Source of the DNA: Promethearchaeota archaeon
Lineage (GTDB): Archaea; Asgardarchaeota; Lokiarchaeia; Sigyniarchaeales; SOKP01
Direction: 5' to 3'
Length of the DNA stretch: 64,000 bases
Assembly (NCBI GenBank): GCA_030599585.1
Contig: JAUVNS010000008.1
Coordinates: 32,001-96,000 of the forward strand
The first letter of the stretch is position 1. Each line of letters starts with the position of its first letter. Shown here in pieces: positions 37,958 through 48,417 of this stretch. A model generated the notes under the pieces. It ran no database searches and was not told where the DNA came from. It was given only the letters and a program-made list of their open reading frames with translations. Made by a program: the position numbers and the translations under genes.

Positions 37958-39646
37958 CTAAATTGGTATTGGTATTGGTTCTTTCAAACCGTAATGGAGA
38001 GTTACAAATCCTACAACTAAAACAAAGAGTGCCAAGCCTGGCCAAAGAGAAGCCCATGGGGCGTCGTATAAATGTTGTCTAGCTCTACTAATATCGTTTC
38101 CTAATTGTATAAGCGTCGGATCGGAAAATCCAAGGAAACTTATTGCTTCGAATAACAAAATATTGAGTGCCATGAATAACGGGAAGTACGCAATTAGTTT
38201 TTTGGCTGTTAATTTCAAGCTGTAATTTCCCCTACTGATTAATAATGCGACCCCGGGGATCGTATACAGTGCCATAATGCTCATTGCTACTGAAACATTC
38301 TGTCCTAAAATACCTGTGAATAGTAAGATTCCGATAATACTAGGTATAATGAAAAGAATTACCGTGAGTCCCAAGACTAACCCTTTTAGCCACCTATGAA
38401 CTTTCGATAAATAACCAAATAACGATCCTATTGCAATTCCTATGAGAACGGAAAAGACGCACACTATTATCGATGTTGATACACCATATGCCAATCGTGC
38501 GAGTACGTCGCGTCCGAACATAGTTTGTCCCAAGGGATGAGTCGCAGATGGCGGATCCCAAGAACCAACATAAATACCCGTAGCTTCTTCGAAAGTAAAT
38601 GGCGTCAATACCTGCGGAAATATAGCAACTATTATCGTAAACACTACGATCGCTAATCCTATTATTGTTAATGGAGATTTCAGGCGATTAAATGTAAAAC
38701 CCTTAAAGTTTTGTCCTGAGTCGAGGTCATAACTAGCGCTTTCTTCAGCCATTTGTTCAGTTCTACCGAAAATGTTAGTAAATATTCTCGATTCCCTTTC
38801 TCCTAAGAGGTGATTGTAAGCTGTGTAAACGCTATTAGATAGGAATAGTATAATAACAATCAATAGGATAATACTAAAGATTATTGCATGAGTTACCCAA
38901 TAATCAGCATTGTGGATCGCTACTATAAAAAGGTTAAAAAATCCATTTATTCCGAACGTAATTTCGAGTAGGAAAAAACTTGCAATTAAGACGCTTGCGT
39001 TCATAATGATCTGTAGGCTATTTGACAAAATATGTTTTTCTTCCGATTCTTTTAAATAATTAGAACGAACCTGTCTTGTTGTAAGAAATAATGTTAACGG
39101 AAATAGTACGGAAGCCGGTAAAAATGGATCGCCGACCGCTGGAAAAAGTTCCAACTGAAATGCGAAAGTGTATTGGAACCACATCCCTACGACAAACACA
39201 GGCGTCGAAATACCTAAAATAATTAGAATTTGAATCAATCCTTTAACTAATTTATACCTAACTCTTACTGACAAGATTCCTAGTAAAATACCCGCGATTA
39301 AACCTAAAACAATAGGTAGTATTGTAAAACCTAAACTTTCTGGAATCCTGCTAGCCAAAAGATCAAATACGGGTTGGCCTGAAGCAATAGAAGCAGAAAA
39401 TCCTAGATTTCCTGTAAAAAAATCTCCAAGATACCTAAAGAACTGCTCGATCAAAGGTTTATCGAATCCAAACATGTGGAACATCATATTATATTGTTCT
39501 TGTGTAAAGGACGGAGGTAGATATGCAAGAACCGGGTCACCGGGTAATAGTCGAATCAAAAGAAAACTCAAGGTCAATCCGAAAAATAATGCCACGATAG
39601 GGAGTAAAAAAGTATAAATTATGTTTTTTTTAAGAACACTGGTCAT
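37958..39646 (-). CDS. Fused DppB/DppC-type ABC permease
   Basis: DppB part (LLPGDP, GFDKPLIEQF, GNLGFS) followed by DppC part (PPSATHPLGQTMFGRDVLARL, LSFLGF-like, APWASLWPG). Confidence 0.85.
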   Translation of the reverse strand: MTSVLKKNIIYTFLLPIVALFFGLTLSFLLIRLLPGDPVLAYLPPSFTQEQYNMMFHMFGFDKPLIEQFFRYLGDFFTGNLGFSASIASGQPVFDLLASRIPESLGFTILPIVLGLIAGILLGILSVRVRYKLVKGLIQILIILGISTPVFVVGMWFQYTFAFQLELFPAVGDPFLPASVLFPLTLFLTTRQVRSNYLKESEEKHILSNSLQIIMNASVLIASFFLLEITFGINGFFNLFIVAIHNADYWVTHAIIFSIILLIVIILFLSNSVYTAYNHLLGERESRIFTNIFGRTEQMAEESASYDLDSGQNFKGFTFNRLKSPLTIIGLAIVVFTIIVAIFPQVLTPFTFEEATGIYVGSWDPPSATHPLGQTMFGRDVLARLAYGVSTSIIVCVFSVLIGIAIGSLFGYLSKVHRWLKGLVLGLTVILFIIPSIIGILLFTGILGQNVSVAMSIMALYTIPGVALLISRGNYSLKLTAKKLIAYFPLFMALNILLFEAISFLGFSDPTLIQLGNDISRARQHLYDAPWASLWPGLALFVLVVGFVTLHYGLKEPIPIPI

Positions 39647-39765
39647 TTCGTTTTGCCTTTTTTTTTAAATTAATTTTGGTAGTATGTTTCATTAAGATAT
39701 TTACTTATATAAATATAGCAGAATCGTGTTATTACTTAATTTATCCCAAATAATATTAGATTTTG

Positions 39766-40611
39766 TTAGAGAGTACTGAGAAAATTAGAAACGTTCGAAG
39801 GTTTTGGGATTTTAACCTCGAAATAATGCTCAACGATTTCGTAAAGAAAGTCGAGATATGGTAATTGGATTTTTATGCTATGAACTTTTGCTATCTCTTC
39901 AATTACCTTTTTAGAAATAAGTTTCTCTTTCTTTTTCAAACTGTTGACTCTTTCAACAATTGTTTCAGAAAGTTCGTAAGATTTTTGGATTGCATTATGC
40001 AAATAAATTAAACTTGGTATAGGTTCGTATTCTTCTAAAAATTTTCTTACTAATAATCTTTCTATACTGATCTTCTTTGGATTAAGAATATCGTCGTAAT
40101 CTTGAAGGATTTTGTTGTTTTTCAGTATAATATCCTCTTTAAAACTCTCGAGTTGGTATTGTTCTTCTGATTTTACCCGTATAGACGTTTTATAGGAATT
40201 TTTCGTTATGTAGTTAAAAAAATTGTAGATCTGATCAACCATGAATGCTTGATCAGTAAGTATCAATACATTTTTCTTAAAAAAAATCGCTCGAATGATG
40301 TTTACTAATAAAGTGGCTGTCAAATTAAGTTTGATAAGGCTCACATCAATTGATTCTAATTGAGGAGACGTTTCAGGGTCCTTAACTGGTCGGGAAGTTA
40401 TTTCAGGAAGCTCTAATTGAAAATCTGCTATAAAAGTGTCTCTTACAGTAAGATTTTTGTCGATGTAAGCGACGAAAGAATGTTCACAAGCAATTCCTTC
40501 CGATACATTTACTGCAAAAACGCCTCTAACGGCTTTTTCCACTTCTTCCTCTGATACTTCAATGTATCCTATTCTTGAACAAGATGGACATCGAACTTCG
40601 AGCTTTTTCAT
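39766..40611 (-). CDS. Hypothetical protein with N-terminal zinc-ribbon (CPSC...CEH)
   Basis: CPSC and CEHSFVAYIDKN motifs; helical C-terminal region. Confidence 0.7.
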   Translation of the reverse strand: MKKLEVRCPSCSRIGYIEVSEEEVEKAVRGVFAVNVSEGIACEHSFVAYIDKNLTVRDTFIADFQLELPEITSRPVKDPETSPQLESIDVSLIKLNLTATLLVNIIRAIFFKKNVLILTDQAFMVDQIYNFFNYITKNSYKTSIRVKSEEQYQLESFKEDIILKNNKILQDYDDILNPKKISIERLLVRKFLEEYEPIPSLIYLHNAIQKSYELSETIVERVNSLKKKEKLISKKVIEEIAKVHSIKIQLPYLDFLYEIVEHYFEVKIPKPSNVSNFLSTL

Positions 40612-40770
40612 TTATAAAAATCTCACTATTGTTATCAAATCAATATTGGAGTTTTTCTAGCAGTTACAATTAAATTTTAAACAATCAATTATATAAAGGT
40701 TAACTGAGTAAATAAATAAAAATTAACATTGAATATATAATTCTTTCAAGATTGTATAGTCTGTGAAAGG

Positions 40771-41250
40771 TTAATACCGATTTATCTTTGCATATTTCTT
40801 TTCAATCAGGTTAGCTATAAGTAAGGAGATTACTACTGCTAAATTTTCAGATATCAAAAATGCCATTACACTATTTAAAAAGATCAAGCTTATCCCATAA
40901 GTACTAAAAAATATAACAGCAAAAACAGGAAAGACTATTAATATCGGTCTAATAATGGGAAAATATAGTATTGTTCGAAACTTAGATGCCCCTGACCTTG
41001 ATTTTTGAAATTGGCTTCTCATTTTCTTCCTTTTTTCAACTTGGACAAAGGACTCAAATATAATAACTACTCCAAAAAACAGAGCTATGGTTGCGCCAAT
41101 CGGTATTAATATTACTACTAAATAATTCCCTACCCCCAGTATGAATTGAGCTAAGAATATAAACAATATTTGGAAAATTCCACATGCACCGAATAGCATT
41201 AAAGCAATTGGCATGTATTCCTTTGATGTCCAGCGAAATCTTATTGGCAT
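40771..41250 (-). CDS. Hypothetical membrane protein (4 TM)
   Basis: Four hydrophobic helices; starts 28 nt after tRNA-Val. Confidence 0.7.
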   Translation of the reverse strand: MPIRFRWTSKEYMPIALMLFGACGIFQILFIFLAQFILGVGNYLVVILIPIGATIALFFGVVIIFESFVQVEKRKKMRSQFQKSRSGASKFRTILYFPIIRPILIVFPVFAVIFFSTYGISLIFLNSVMAFLISENLAVVISLLIANLIEKKYAKINRY

Positions 41251-41277
41251 TTTTATAGATTGTTTTTTGTTTTATAA

Positions 41278-41351
41278 TGGGCCCGGTGCGATTTGAACGC
41301 ACGACCTTCTCCACGTCAAGGAGACGTCATACCGAGCTAGACCACGGGCCC
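41278..41351 (-). tRNA. tRNA-Val(GAC)
   Basis: GGGCCCG...TCTCC-TTGACGT-GGAGA...GTGCG-TTCAAAT-CGCAC-CGGGCCCA cloverleaf. Confidence 0.95.
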
Positions 41352-41517
41352 GAGATTGATTTCCCTAATTTAAGTTTAAAAAATACTAAAATTTGAGATA
41401 ACTAATGTATATAATTAAAAAATAAATAATTTATTAGTTTTTTCTGAAAGATCACAAATCTAGTTAAACACGACTACTATTACTAAAAAAAATATAAAAA
41501 AATAATTAACGATATAT

Positions 41518-42735
41518 TTAAGGTTTTTTTTCTCTTAAAGCTCTAACCATTGGAACGTCTTTTCCTGATAATATTTCTAGCATAGCTCCCCCACCTGTAG
41601 AAATGAAGGAAACATCCTGAGCATAACCGGACATTTCGGCTGCAGTTCCCATTTCTCCACCGCCAATTACAGAAAGAGCTCCATTATTTTTAGCAGCGTC
41701 AGCCATTGCTTTAACCATGTCGAAAGTACCTTTTCTAAATACTTCTTTTTCAAAAATACCAGGGGGTCCGTTCGCAATAATAGTTTTTGCATTCATTATA
41801 ATTTCTGTGAATTCCTCTGTAGTTTTAGGACCTATATCACCAGTTACAGCGTTGTAATCCTTTAATTCACTGATAACGATTGCTTTGCGTTTCCCATTTT
41901 CTTCAATTATTAAGTCCTTTGGCAAAATGATCTTGTCTTTAAATTTTTCGTAGGTCTCCTTAATGTCATCTTTTGCCTTCTCTAAATCTTTTACTATTGC
42001 TCCTCGGTTTGCTTCTCCAGTATCAACTCCTATAGCCTCCAAGATTAATATAGCTGTTAAACCAGAGCAGAGTGCGTAATCTAATTTTTCGTTTTCAAAA
42101 TTGAACTTCATGGCTTTAAATTTATCTATAGCTTTAGCTCCTCCAATAAGCATAATCATTGGTTTTTCGGGGGACTCTAAGATTTTAGTCATGTATTCGA
42201 ACTCTTTAACGGTTGTGGGTCCTGCGATTAATGTTGGCCACCCAATTATCGAGGGTTGTGCTCTATGGGCTGCTCCAAATGCATCTGCGATGAAATAGTC
42301 GAATAATGGCGATAGGGTTTTAATCATCTCCAAGTTTGCTGCTTCAGAAAAGTCCTTAAATTGTTTAGTTTCAGGTTCCCAAGTTCGTACATTATTGAGG
42401 ACTAACACTTCGCCTACTTTAAGATCTTTTATTGCATTAGTGGCTATTTCTCCGAATACATCCTCTACGTATTTAACAGGGCGATCTAACAATTTCCTTA
42501 TTTCTTCAGCGTGTAATTCTAAAGAGATAAAATCTTTCTTGCCTGGTCTTGATTGATGAGCCATAATTACTACAGCACTCTCTTTAAGTTCTTCTAATGA
42601 AGGGATTAGAGCGTGAATTCGAGGTGATTCGCGAATTCTATTATTTTCAACATCGATATTAGAGTTAATATCGACTCTCATCAAAATTTTCTTTCCTTTT
42701 AAATCAACATCTTTATAAGATTTATAATCAAACAT
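41518..42735 (-). CDS. pgk: Phosphoglycerate kinase
   Basis: RVDINS, HQSRPG, DAFGAAHR, GGAK, NGPPGIFE, STGGGA. Confidence 0.96.
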   Translation of the reverse strand: MFDYKSYKDVDLKGKKILMRVDINSNIDVENNRIRESPRIHALIPSLEELKESAVVIMAHQSRPGKKDFISLELHAEEIRKLLDRPVKYVEDVFGEIATNAIKDLKVGEVLVLNNVRTWEPETKQFKDFSEAANLEMIKTLSPLFDYFIADAFGAAHRAQPSIIGWPTLIAGPTTVKEFEYMTKILESPEKPMIMLIGGAKAIDKFKAMKFNFENEKLDYALCSGLTAILILEAIGVDTGEANRGAIVKDLEKAKDDIKETYEKFKDKIILPKDLIIEENGKRKAIVISELKDYNAVTGDIGPKTTEEFTEIIMNAKTIIANGPPGIFEKEVFRKGTFDMVKAMADAAKNNGALSVIGGGEMGTAAEMSGYAQDVSFISTGGGAMLEILSGKDVPMVRALREKKP

Positions 42736-42885
42736 TTAATCTCACTCTATTTGATTTTGGTTATAATAAATGGTAATATATTATATCAAAAAAAGGTTTC
42801 AAATGTTAAATTGGAAATTTGCAACTCTATTATAATCTTATGATAAGGTAGAAGTAGCAATTTTAATATAGTTTAATTATCGATT

Positions 42886-45036
42886 CTACCTAAAAAATTC
42901 TTTTACAACAAATTTACAGAACTGTGTCAATTTTTCTGCTAAATCTGTTCTATCAGACGATTTTGTTAAAATCCAGTTGTTACCATATAGTTTGTTGAGA
43001 TAATCTCCTTTAGCATCAATAGAAAAAGCATAAACTTTAAATTTTTTTTTAACATCTTGAATTTCCTTTATTGCGTCATTCAATCCATATTGAGTACCTG
43101 CAGGTTGACCATCTGAAATCATTAGGATTAATACATTCTTTTCCAGTTTAGCTGCTTCATGTTTTAGAGATATACCATCTAAATTGCTCCCAATGCGTTG
43201 ATGGCGTCCAAATTTATCAAATTTTTTGACATCTGGGTATTCTTCAAAATCCTTTAATAGAATATTTAAGGCGTCATATTCGCCAGTAAAGAGTACGATG
43301 CGCAATTGAGCAATTTCATAGAGAGATTCACATAACATTACCATAGCAACTTTAGCTGCTTCTAATTTGATTCCTGCCATGCTTCCACTGATATCTACCA
43401 TCATTAAGATTTTTAATTCTTTTTGTGTTAATTTTCTCGTGAAACACTTATTATATTTAAAATCGCTTGTAACTGCTTTAATAAATTTATTGTTTAATCG
43501 TCCTCTTTTTTGTGAGTTGTCAACATCATTTTCATTTCTCAAATCTCGAAATAAATACTTTAACTTAGTTATTATGTTGTTATGTGTCTTCACGATTTCA
43601 TTGTAAGATAATTCTATTGATCTCATATCTTCATTTTCAATGTAGACATCATTTACCTTTCTTTCGGTCTCATTAAATTGGTCTTGATTCTCAATTAACA
43701 AGAGCCTTCCTTCCATTGCAGTTTGAGAATCAGACACCAATTTACTAATTTCATTAATGAAATCAACATCTTTTAGGAGGACATTGTTATTTTGATTCTC
43801 TTTATTCAAAATCGCAATTAATTTCTCAATTTCAACAGCTTTCAGATTTTCGTTATCTTTACATAATTGTTTTAATTTTTCATAAGAGTCTAATTGCTTA
43901 AAATCATCCTTGGATAAATCAAATTCATTAGAATTAAGAACTTCTTTGAGGTAGTCTTTTATAGATTCAGTTTTTGAATCTCGTTCAACTTCTTCTATTA
44001 ATTTCTCAATGTCCGCCGTGTTTAGATTTAAGTCCTTAATTTTCTCAATTACTTTTTCACTAGCTGAACTTAATTCTGATGATTCTATTTTCTTATCCCG
44101 TTCAATAAATTCTTCAAAATGATTTATTAGAGGTTCGAGATCTACGGACGAATTATGATGGTACTCTCTCTCTTCAATATTATCGTAAAGGCAAGGATCT
44201 TCCATGAAATCTGAATTTTGAAGCTCTTTTAAATATGTTTCAGAATTTCCCTCTTCCATAATTTCAGATAATTCATTATAATCACCATTTTCGTCTGTTT
44301 CATAGTAATCATCGTAATTCGGCTCATGAAATGCTTTATTGTTTACATTTTGTGGAGAAACCCTAACCCTATTTATTTTTCTTTTCATGTAAAACTTCTT
44401 TAAAACCTTACACAATTGATCAATCGTAATTATCGATGAAGCGGGTGTTAGCGACTTCAATAGGAATTTTTTTGCCGTGGAAATCGCACGCCAATCTTCT
44501 TTGCTCATATTTCGCGTTCTAAATTTTGGCTTTTTTTGAAATTCTTTATAGTTTTCCATGTATAAATTAATATAAATGAGCAAATTTCCTGAGCACTTCA
44601 TTTTAAGGATTAATTCAGGAAGTAATTGTAATGTGAAGGTTCGCAAATTATTGTAGAATCCTGGGAATTTAATATTATTTAAAGAATTAACTCTTACATC
44701 TTCTACAACATTGATAACTTGTTTTATGAAGTATTGTGGTAAGTTGTATTTTTTTGAAAAAATGTCAATGAGTTTTATAAAAGATAACTCGAATGAGCCA
44801 TAACCTATATGTCCGCTTTCATGAGCAACTAAACCCTGGGCAGTAGTAATATCATCCTTTAACTTTTTTGGTAAATATATAAACCTTCCATCAGTAAAAG
44901 TAAGCAATGAATTCTGGTTAAATTCAATGTAAATATCCTTCTTTCCGCTTATTCGTTTTCCAATATTAATTAGAGCAAATAAATCTGAGAAGAAATCTTT
45001 TTCAAAAATATCATACAAAGTCAATAAATTGATCAC
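42886..45036 (-). CDS. VWA-domain protein (CobT/NorD-like) with N-terminal HExxH region and acidic linker
   Basis: AHESGH...NVVEDVRV, acidic middle segment, MIDAS VDISGSM and ISDGQP. Confidence 0.8.
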   Translation of the reverse strand: MINLLTLYDIFEKDFFSDLFALINIGKRISGKKDIYIEFNQNSLLTFTDGRFIYLPKKLKDDITTAQGLVAHESGHIGYGSFELSFIKLIDIFSKKYNLPQYFIKQVINVVEDVRVNSLNNIKFPGFYNNLRTFTLQLLPELILKMKCSGNLLIYINLYMENYKEFQKKPKFRTRNMSKEDWRAISTAKKFLLKSLTPASSIITIDQLCKVLKKFYMKRKINRVRVSPQNVNNKAFHEPNYDDYYETDENGDYNELSEIMEEGNSETYLKELQNSDFMEDPCLYDNIEEREYHHNSSVDLEPLINHFEEFIERDKKIESSELSSASEKVIEKIKDLNLNTADIEKLIEEVERDSKTESIKDYLKEVLNSNEFDLSKDDFKQLDSYEKLKQLCKDNENLKAVEIEKLIAILNKENQNNNVLLKDVDFINEISKLVSDSQTAMEGRLLLIENQDQFNETERKVNDVYIENEDMRSIELSYNEIVKTHNNIITKLKYLFRDLRNENDVDNSQKRGRLNNKFIKAVTSDFKYNKCFTRKLTQKELKILMMVDISGSMAGIKLEAAKVAMVMLCESLYEIAQLRIVLFTGEYDALNILLKDFEEYPDVKKFDKFGRHQRIGSNLDGISLKHEAAKLEKNVLILMISDGQPAGTQYGLNDAIKEIQDVKKKFKVYAFSIDAKGDYLNKLYGNNWILTKSSDRTDLAEKLTQFCKFVVKEFFR

Positions 45037-45066
45037 CCCACTTACACATAAGAATGGTTTATTAAT

Positions 45067-46308
45067 CTAATCTAACACCGGACAGATTCGCCGCATAAAA
45101 TCCATTAAATCTTTATTCTTATTTCTATATAGCCACTTTATATAGCGAAATGTTATTTCTCCATTGCAAAGGTGGTTTTGTCTTATACTTTCCTTATAAA
45201 CCTTATGATATCCAAGTTTTTCAGTTAATTGGATGTAATCTTTTAAAGATGTTCTATGTCGTTGCCAAAACCACTCGAAAAATTTCCACATAAGACTTCC
45301 GTCTTCATTTTTATATTTACCATTTCCTAATTCAAACACATACGCTTCCACTTTACTTTTAAAATTGCTAATAATTTTGGCTTCTGGAGCTCTTGGAAAA
45401 ATTAAACCCGCTTTTATACTTGATTTAGCCTTAGAAATTGGAAACAAATATTTCTTTAAATTGTCTTCAAATAATTTTCCATCCAATATCATCGCGATAC
45501 TTTTCTTTTCTTCTTGGTTCTCACCTAATTTATTAATGATAACATTCTCAATATTATATCTTAAATAATCTGGAGACATATTTGATACAATTAAGCAGAA
45601 GTTAACAATTAACCTAGTAGAGAAAATTTTAGTTATCGAAAAATCTTTTATTGCTTGCTTTCTGATCTGTCTAGCAGCGTCTACAACAGTTTCAGCGACT
45701 ATTTTTTTACATCCTGATAGTTTAACAGCAATTTCGATCTCTTTTTGTTTTGTGGGATATGTTATTTCAGGGCAAACTAAGAAACGATCTTCAAATGCTT
45801 CTTGAAGTTTATTAATTCCTAATACACTTTTGTTCATTGTCCCAATTATAACAAGTTTACTCGTTTCTTTTAAACTACATCTTTCAAATCCTTTCGAAAT
45901 CAAGTTAATATGGCTTTCTGAGAGAAGGGAATTTAACGAGATTTGTTCACTTTCTCTAATTGCATTTATTTCATTTATAACAATAAAAGATATACCGTTT
46001 TTATTTGCATCTTCTATAGCTCTTGTCAATGGTCCATGATTGAACTTCGTATCGCCGTTAAATAACTCCCAATTCCCTTCGATATCTCTTCTATCAAGAT
46101 CTGGTGAACCATCAATTATAAAATATGAAGAATTGAAATCTTTAGCGAGAGATGTTGCTAAAAGGGTTTTACCCGTTCCAGGAGGACCGTGTAATAAGAT
46201 ACCAATACATCTGCCATTCCCTAAGGAATTAATTAAAGCCTTCAAATAGTCAAATTCATTTCTTTGCTGAATGTATTCAATATTTTTACTTATTGCTATG
46301 TCTGACAA
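45067..46308 (-). CDS. MoxR/CbbQ/NorQ-type AAA+ ATPase
   Basis: GPPGTGKT, GPL, INEIN (Walker B variant), GTMN, AFEDRF, STR. Confidence 0.88.
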   Translation of the reverse strand: MSDIAISKNIEYIQQRNEFDYLKALINSLGNGRCIGILLHGPPGTGKTLLATSLAKDFNSSYFIIDGSPDLDRRDIEGNWELFNGDTKFNHGPLTRAIEDANKNGISFIVINEINAIRESEQISLNSLLSESHINLISKGFERCSLKETSKLVIIGTMNKSVLGINKLQEAFEDRFLVCPEITYPTKQKEIEIAVKLSGCKKIVAETVVDAARQIRKQAIKDFSITKIFSTRLIVNFCLIVSNMSPDYLRYNIENVIINKLGENQEEKKSIAMILDGKLFEDNLKKYLFPISKAKSSIKAGLIFPRAPEAKIISNFKSKVEAYVFELGNGKYKNEDGSLMWKFFEWFWQRHRTSLKDYIQLTEKLGYHKVYKESIRQNHLCNGEITFRYIKWLYRNKNKDLMDFMRRICPVLD

Positions 46309-46621
46309 ATCGATCTCCTCCTACTAATATGAATCCTAATTAAATTGAAATTTAGGAAAATAACACTAGAATGATGTTGCTGAATATTGATTTTTGAATT
46401 TAAGGTAATTTATAATGGGTACACTAATGTATTTAAAAACTCACACCATCTTGAATTTCAAATAATTCTAAAAAATGTCTTAAAATTTAGCGTTTTAAAC
46501 CTATTTATATGAAAATGTTAAAAATAATATGTTGGAACATCTTTCTTAATTTATTAAGGCTAAAAGATTTCAATGAATATAGAGATTTGAACATTAAGTC
46601 TTATGAAATTTAGTTCGGTGA

Positions 46622-47407
46622 ATGAGATTGGATGATATCAGAGAAATATTAAATCGTTTGTTAAAAAAAGAGTGCTCAGTCGAAGAAGCAGAAAAATTGT
46701 TAAAGGCAAATGCTATTGAAGAGGTTGGAGATTTTGCCAAATTAGATATTTTTCGAAAATTACGCACTGGCGTTGTTGAGGTTATTTACGCGGAAAATAA
46801 AACCCCTCAGATGATTATAGAAATAATTTCTACATTCTTAAAAAGAAATAAATTTGCAATCGTATCAAGGTATAAAGACGAACAGAAGGCTTTAATTTTT
46901 AAAGAATTTGGTGGTAAAGAAGAAATATCATTAGATGTTAACGAATTGGCTAAAATTGTAATCGTAAAAGAAAAAGACTTCAAATTTAAAAAGAAGGGTG
47001 GAAGGATTGGGATAATTTCAGCCGGAAGTTCAGATATCCCTATTGCTGAGGAAGCGAAAGTAATTGCAGATTCAATGGGCTGTAAAGTATTTACCAGCTA
47101 CGATTTAGGAATTGCTGGTATTCATCGTCTTTTTAAACCTCTCAGTGAAATGATTAAAGAAGATATTCACGTAGTAATTGTATGCGCAGGGATGGAAGGA
47201 ACCTTGCCTGGAATTGTTGCTGCCCTCGTTGACATTCCGGTAATAGGAGTTCCCATATCTAGTGGATACGGATTAGGAGAAAAAGGTATTGGTGCTTTAA
47301 CAACCATGCTTCAATCATGCTCACCAGGATTATTAGTAGTCAACATTGATAATGGGTTTGGAGCAGGTGCTTCTGCTGCTTTAATAGCTAATAGCATCGC
47401 AAAATAA
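46622..47407 (+). CDS. larB: Nickel-pincer cofactor biosynthesis carboxylase/hydrolase LarB
   Basis: SAGSSDIPIAEEA, DLGIAGIHRL, AGMEGTLP, SSGYG, MLQSCSPG..VVNIDNGFGA. Confidence 0.93.
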   Translation: MRLDDIREILNRLLKKECSVEEAEKLLKANAIEEVGDFAKLDIFRKLRTGVVEVIYAENKTPQMIIEIISTFLKRNKFAIVSRYKDEQKALIFKEFGGKEEISLDVNELAKIVIVKEKDFKFKKKGGRIGIISAGSSDIPIAEEAKVIADSMGCKVFTSYDLGIAGIHRLFKPLSEMIKEDIHVVIVCAGMEGTLPGIVAALVDIPVIGVPISSGYGLGEKGIGALTTMLQSCSPGLLVVNIDNGFGAGASAALIANSIAK

Positions 47408-47533
47408 ATTTTTCATTTAAGAGTTTCTTCTTACTATTTGTAAGAGATTACAAATTTTGTATATTTTTATAATAAGTTAATTTAAGATTATTATATTCTT
47501 AAAATAAAAATTAAAAAAACTATTATAAAAAAT

Positions 47534-48205
47534 GTGTACGTTATGGCACCTACAGCTGCGTCTCTTGAAGCGTTATCGAAATTGAGACAATTAAATCCTG
47601 TAACAGGATGGTATGTTGTTACTCTTTTAGTCATTGTTTTATATATCTACGGTGTAGAAATCAAAAAAGCAAGGGAGACTAACAATTGGAGCACTGTCTT
47701 TGCTGGATTAACATTATTAGGTCTTGACCTTATTAATGAAATTTGGAATGGCTTAGTATTTGCCTTTTCAAATTATTCTGCGTTTTGGACTACACCAGGA
47801 TCAAGTGCTTATATAATTTTAATTGGTTGGAACATAGAAATAGCATTTATGTTTTCGATCGGAGGTATTGTCTTCGCAAAATTTCTACCAAATGACAAAA
47901 AAAAGAAAATTTTAGGACTTCCAAATCGCTGGGCTATGGCAATCGGCTTTACACTGTTTTCAGTGTTTGTTGAGATTCTATTGAATTGGGGCAATTATTT
48001 AATATGGGAGTATGTGTGGTGGAACTGGTACAACCCCATTTTAATCTTTCTTATAGGTTACTTTCACTTTTTTGTGGGAGCATTTTATGTGTATGACCTT
48101 CCCGAAAGAAAAGAAAAAATTAAGGTAGTAGGACTTATCTACGGAATAGCTATCGTTCTTTTATGTATCTTTGGTCCCTTATTGATGCCTCTTGGTATCT
48201 TTTAG
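47534..48205 (+). CDS. Hypothetical integral membrane protein
   Basis: About 6-7 TM helices; NEIWN and GWNIEI polar motifs. Confidence 0.75.
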   Translation: MYVMAPTAASLEALSKLRQLNPVTGWYVVTLLVIVLYIYGVEIKKARETNNWSTVFAGLTLLGLDLINEIWNGLVFAFSNYSAFWTTPGSSAYIILIGWNIEIAFMFSIGGIVFAKFLPNDKKKKILGLPNRWAMAIGFTLFSVFVEILLNWGNYLIWEYVWWNWYNPILIFLIGYFHFFVGAFYVYDLPERKEKIKVVGLIYGIAIVLLCIFGPLLMPLGIF

Positions 48206-48417
48206 CTAATAAAAATCCTTTTTTTTTTTATTTTTTTTCTCAAATAACTATTTGAACTATTTTTTGCGGTATCCAAATGAAGATAATTCAGAACTGACAC
48301 CGATTTTGACCATTTTACACCTTTTAAATTGAATGTGAAAGTATATATATTTAGATTAACATAATTAATATTGAAATTACTAATTCTAAATATAAAAAAA
48401 ACTAACATACTATAAAG

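Noticed and set aside
37661-41277. Possible integrated element between tRNA-Gly and tRNA-Val
   Set aside because: No duplicated tRNA 3' end, integrase or viral genes were found; only a weak accessory character.
41054-41314. 86-aa ORF
   Set aside because: It overlaps tRNA-Val and the 159-aa membrane protein gene; spurious.
48202-48408. 68-aa minus-strand ORF
   Set aside because: Low-complexity AT-rich intergenic sequence with no RBS or recognisable motif.
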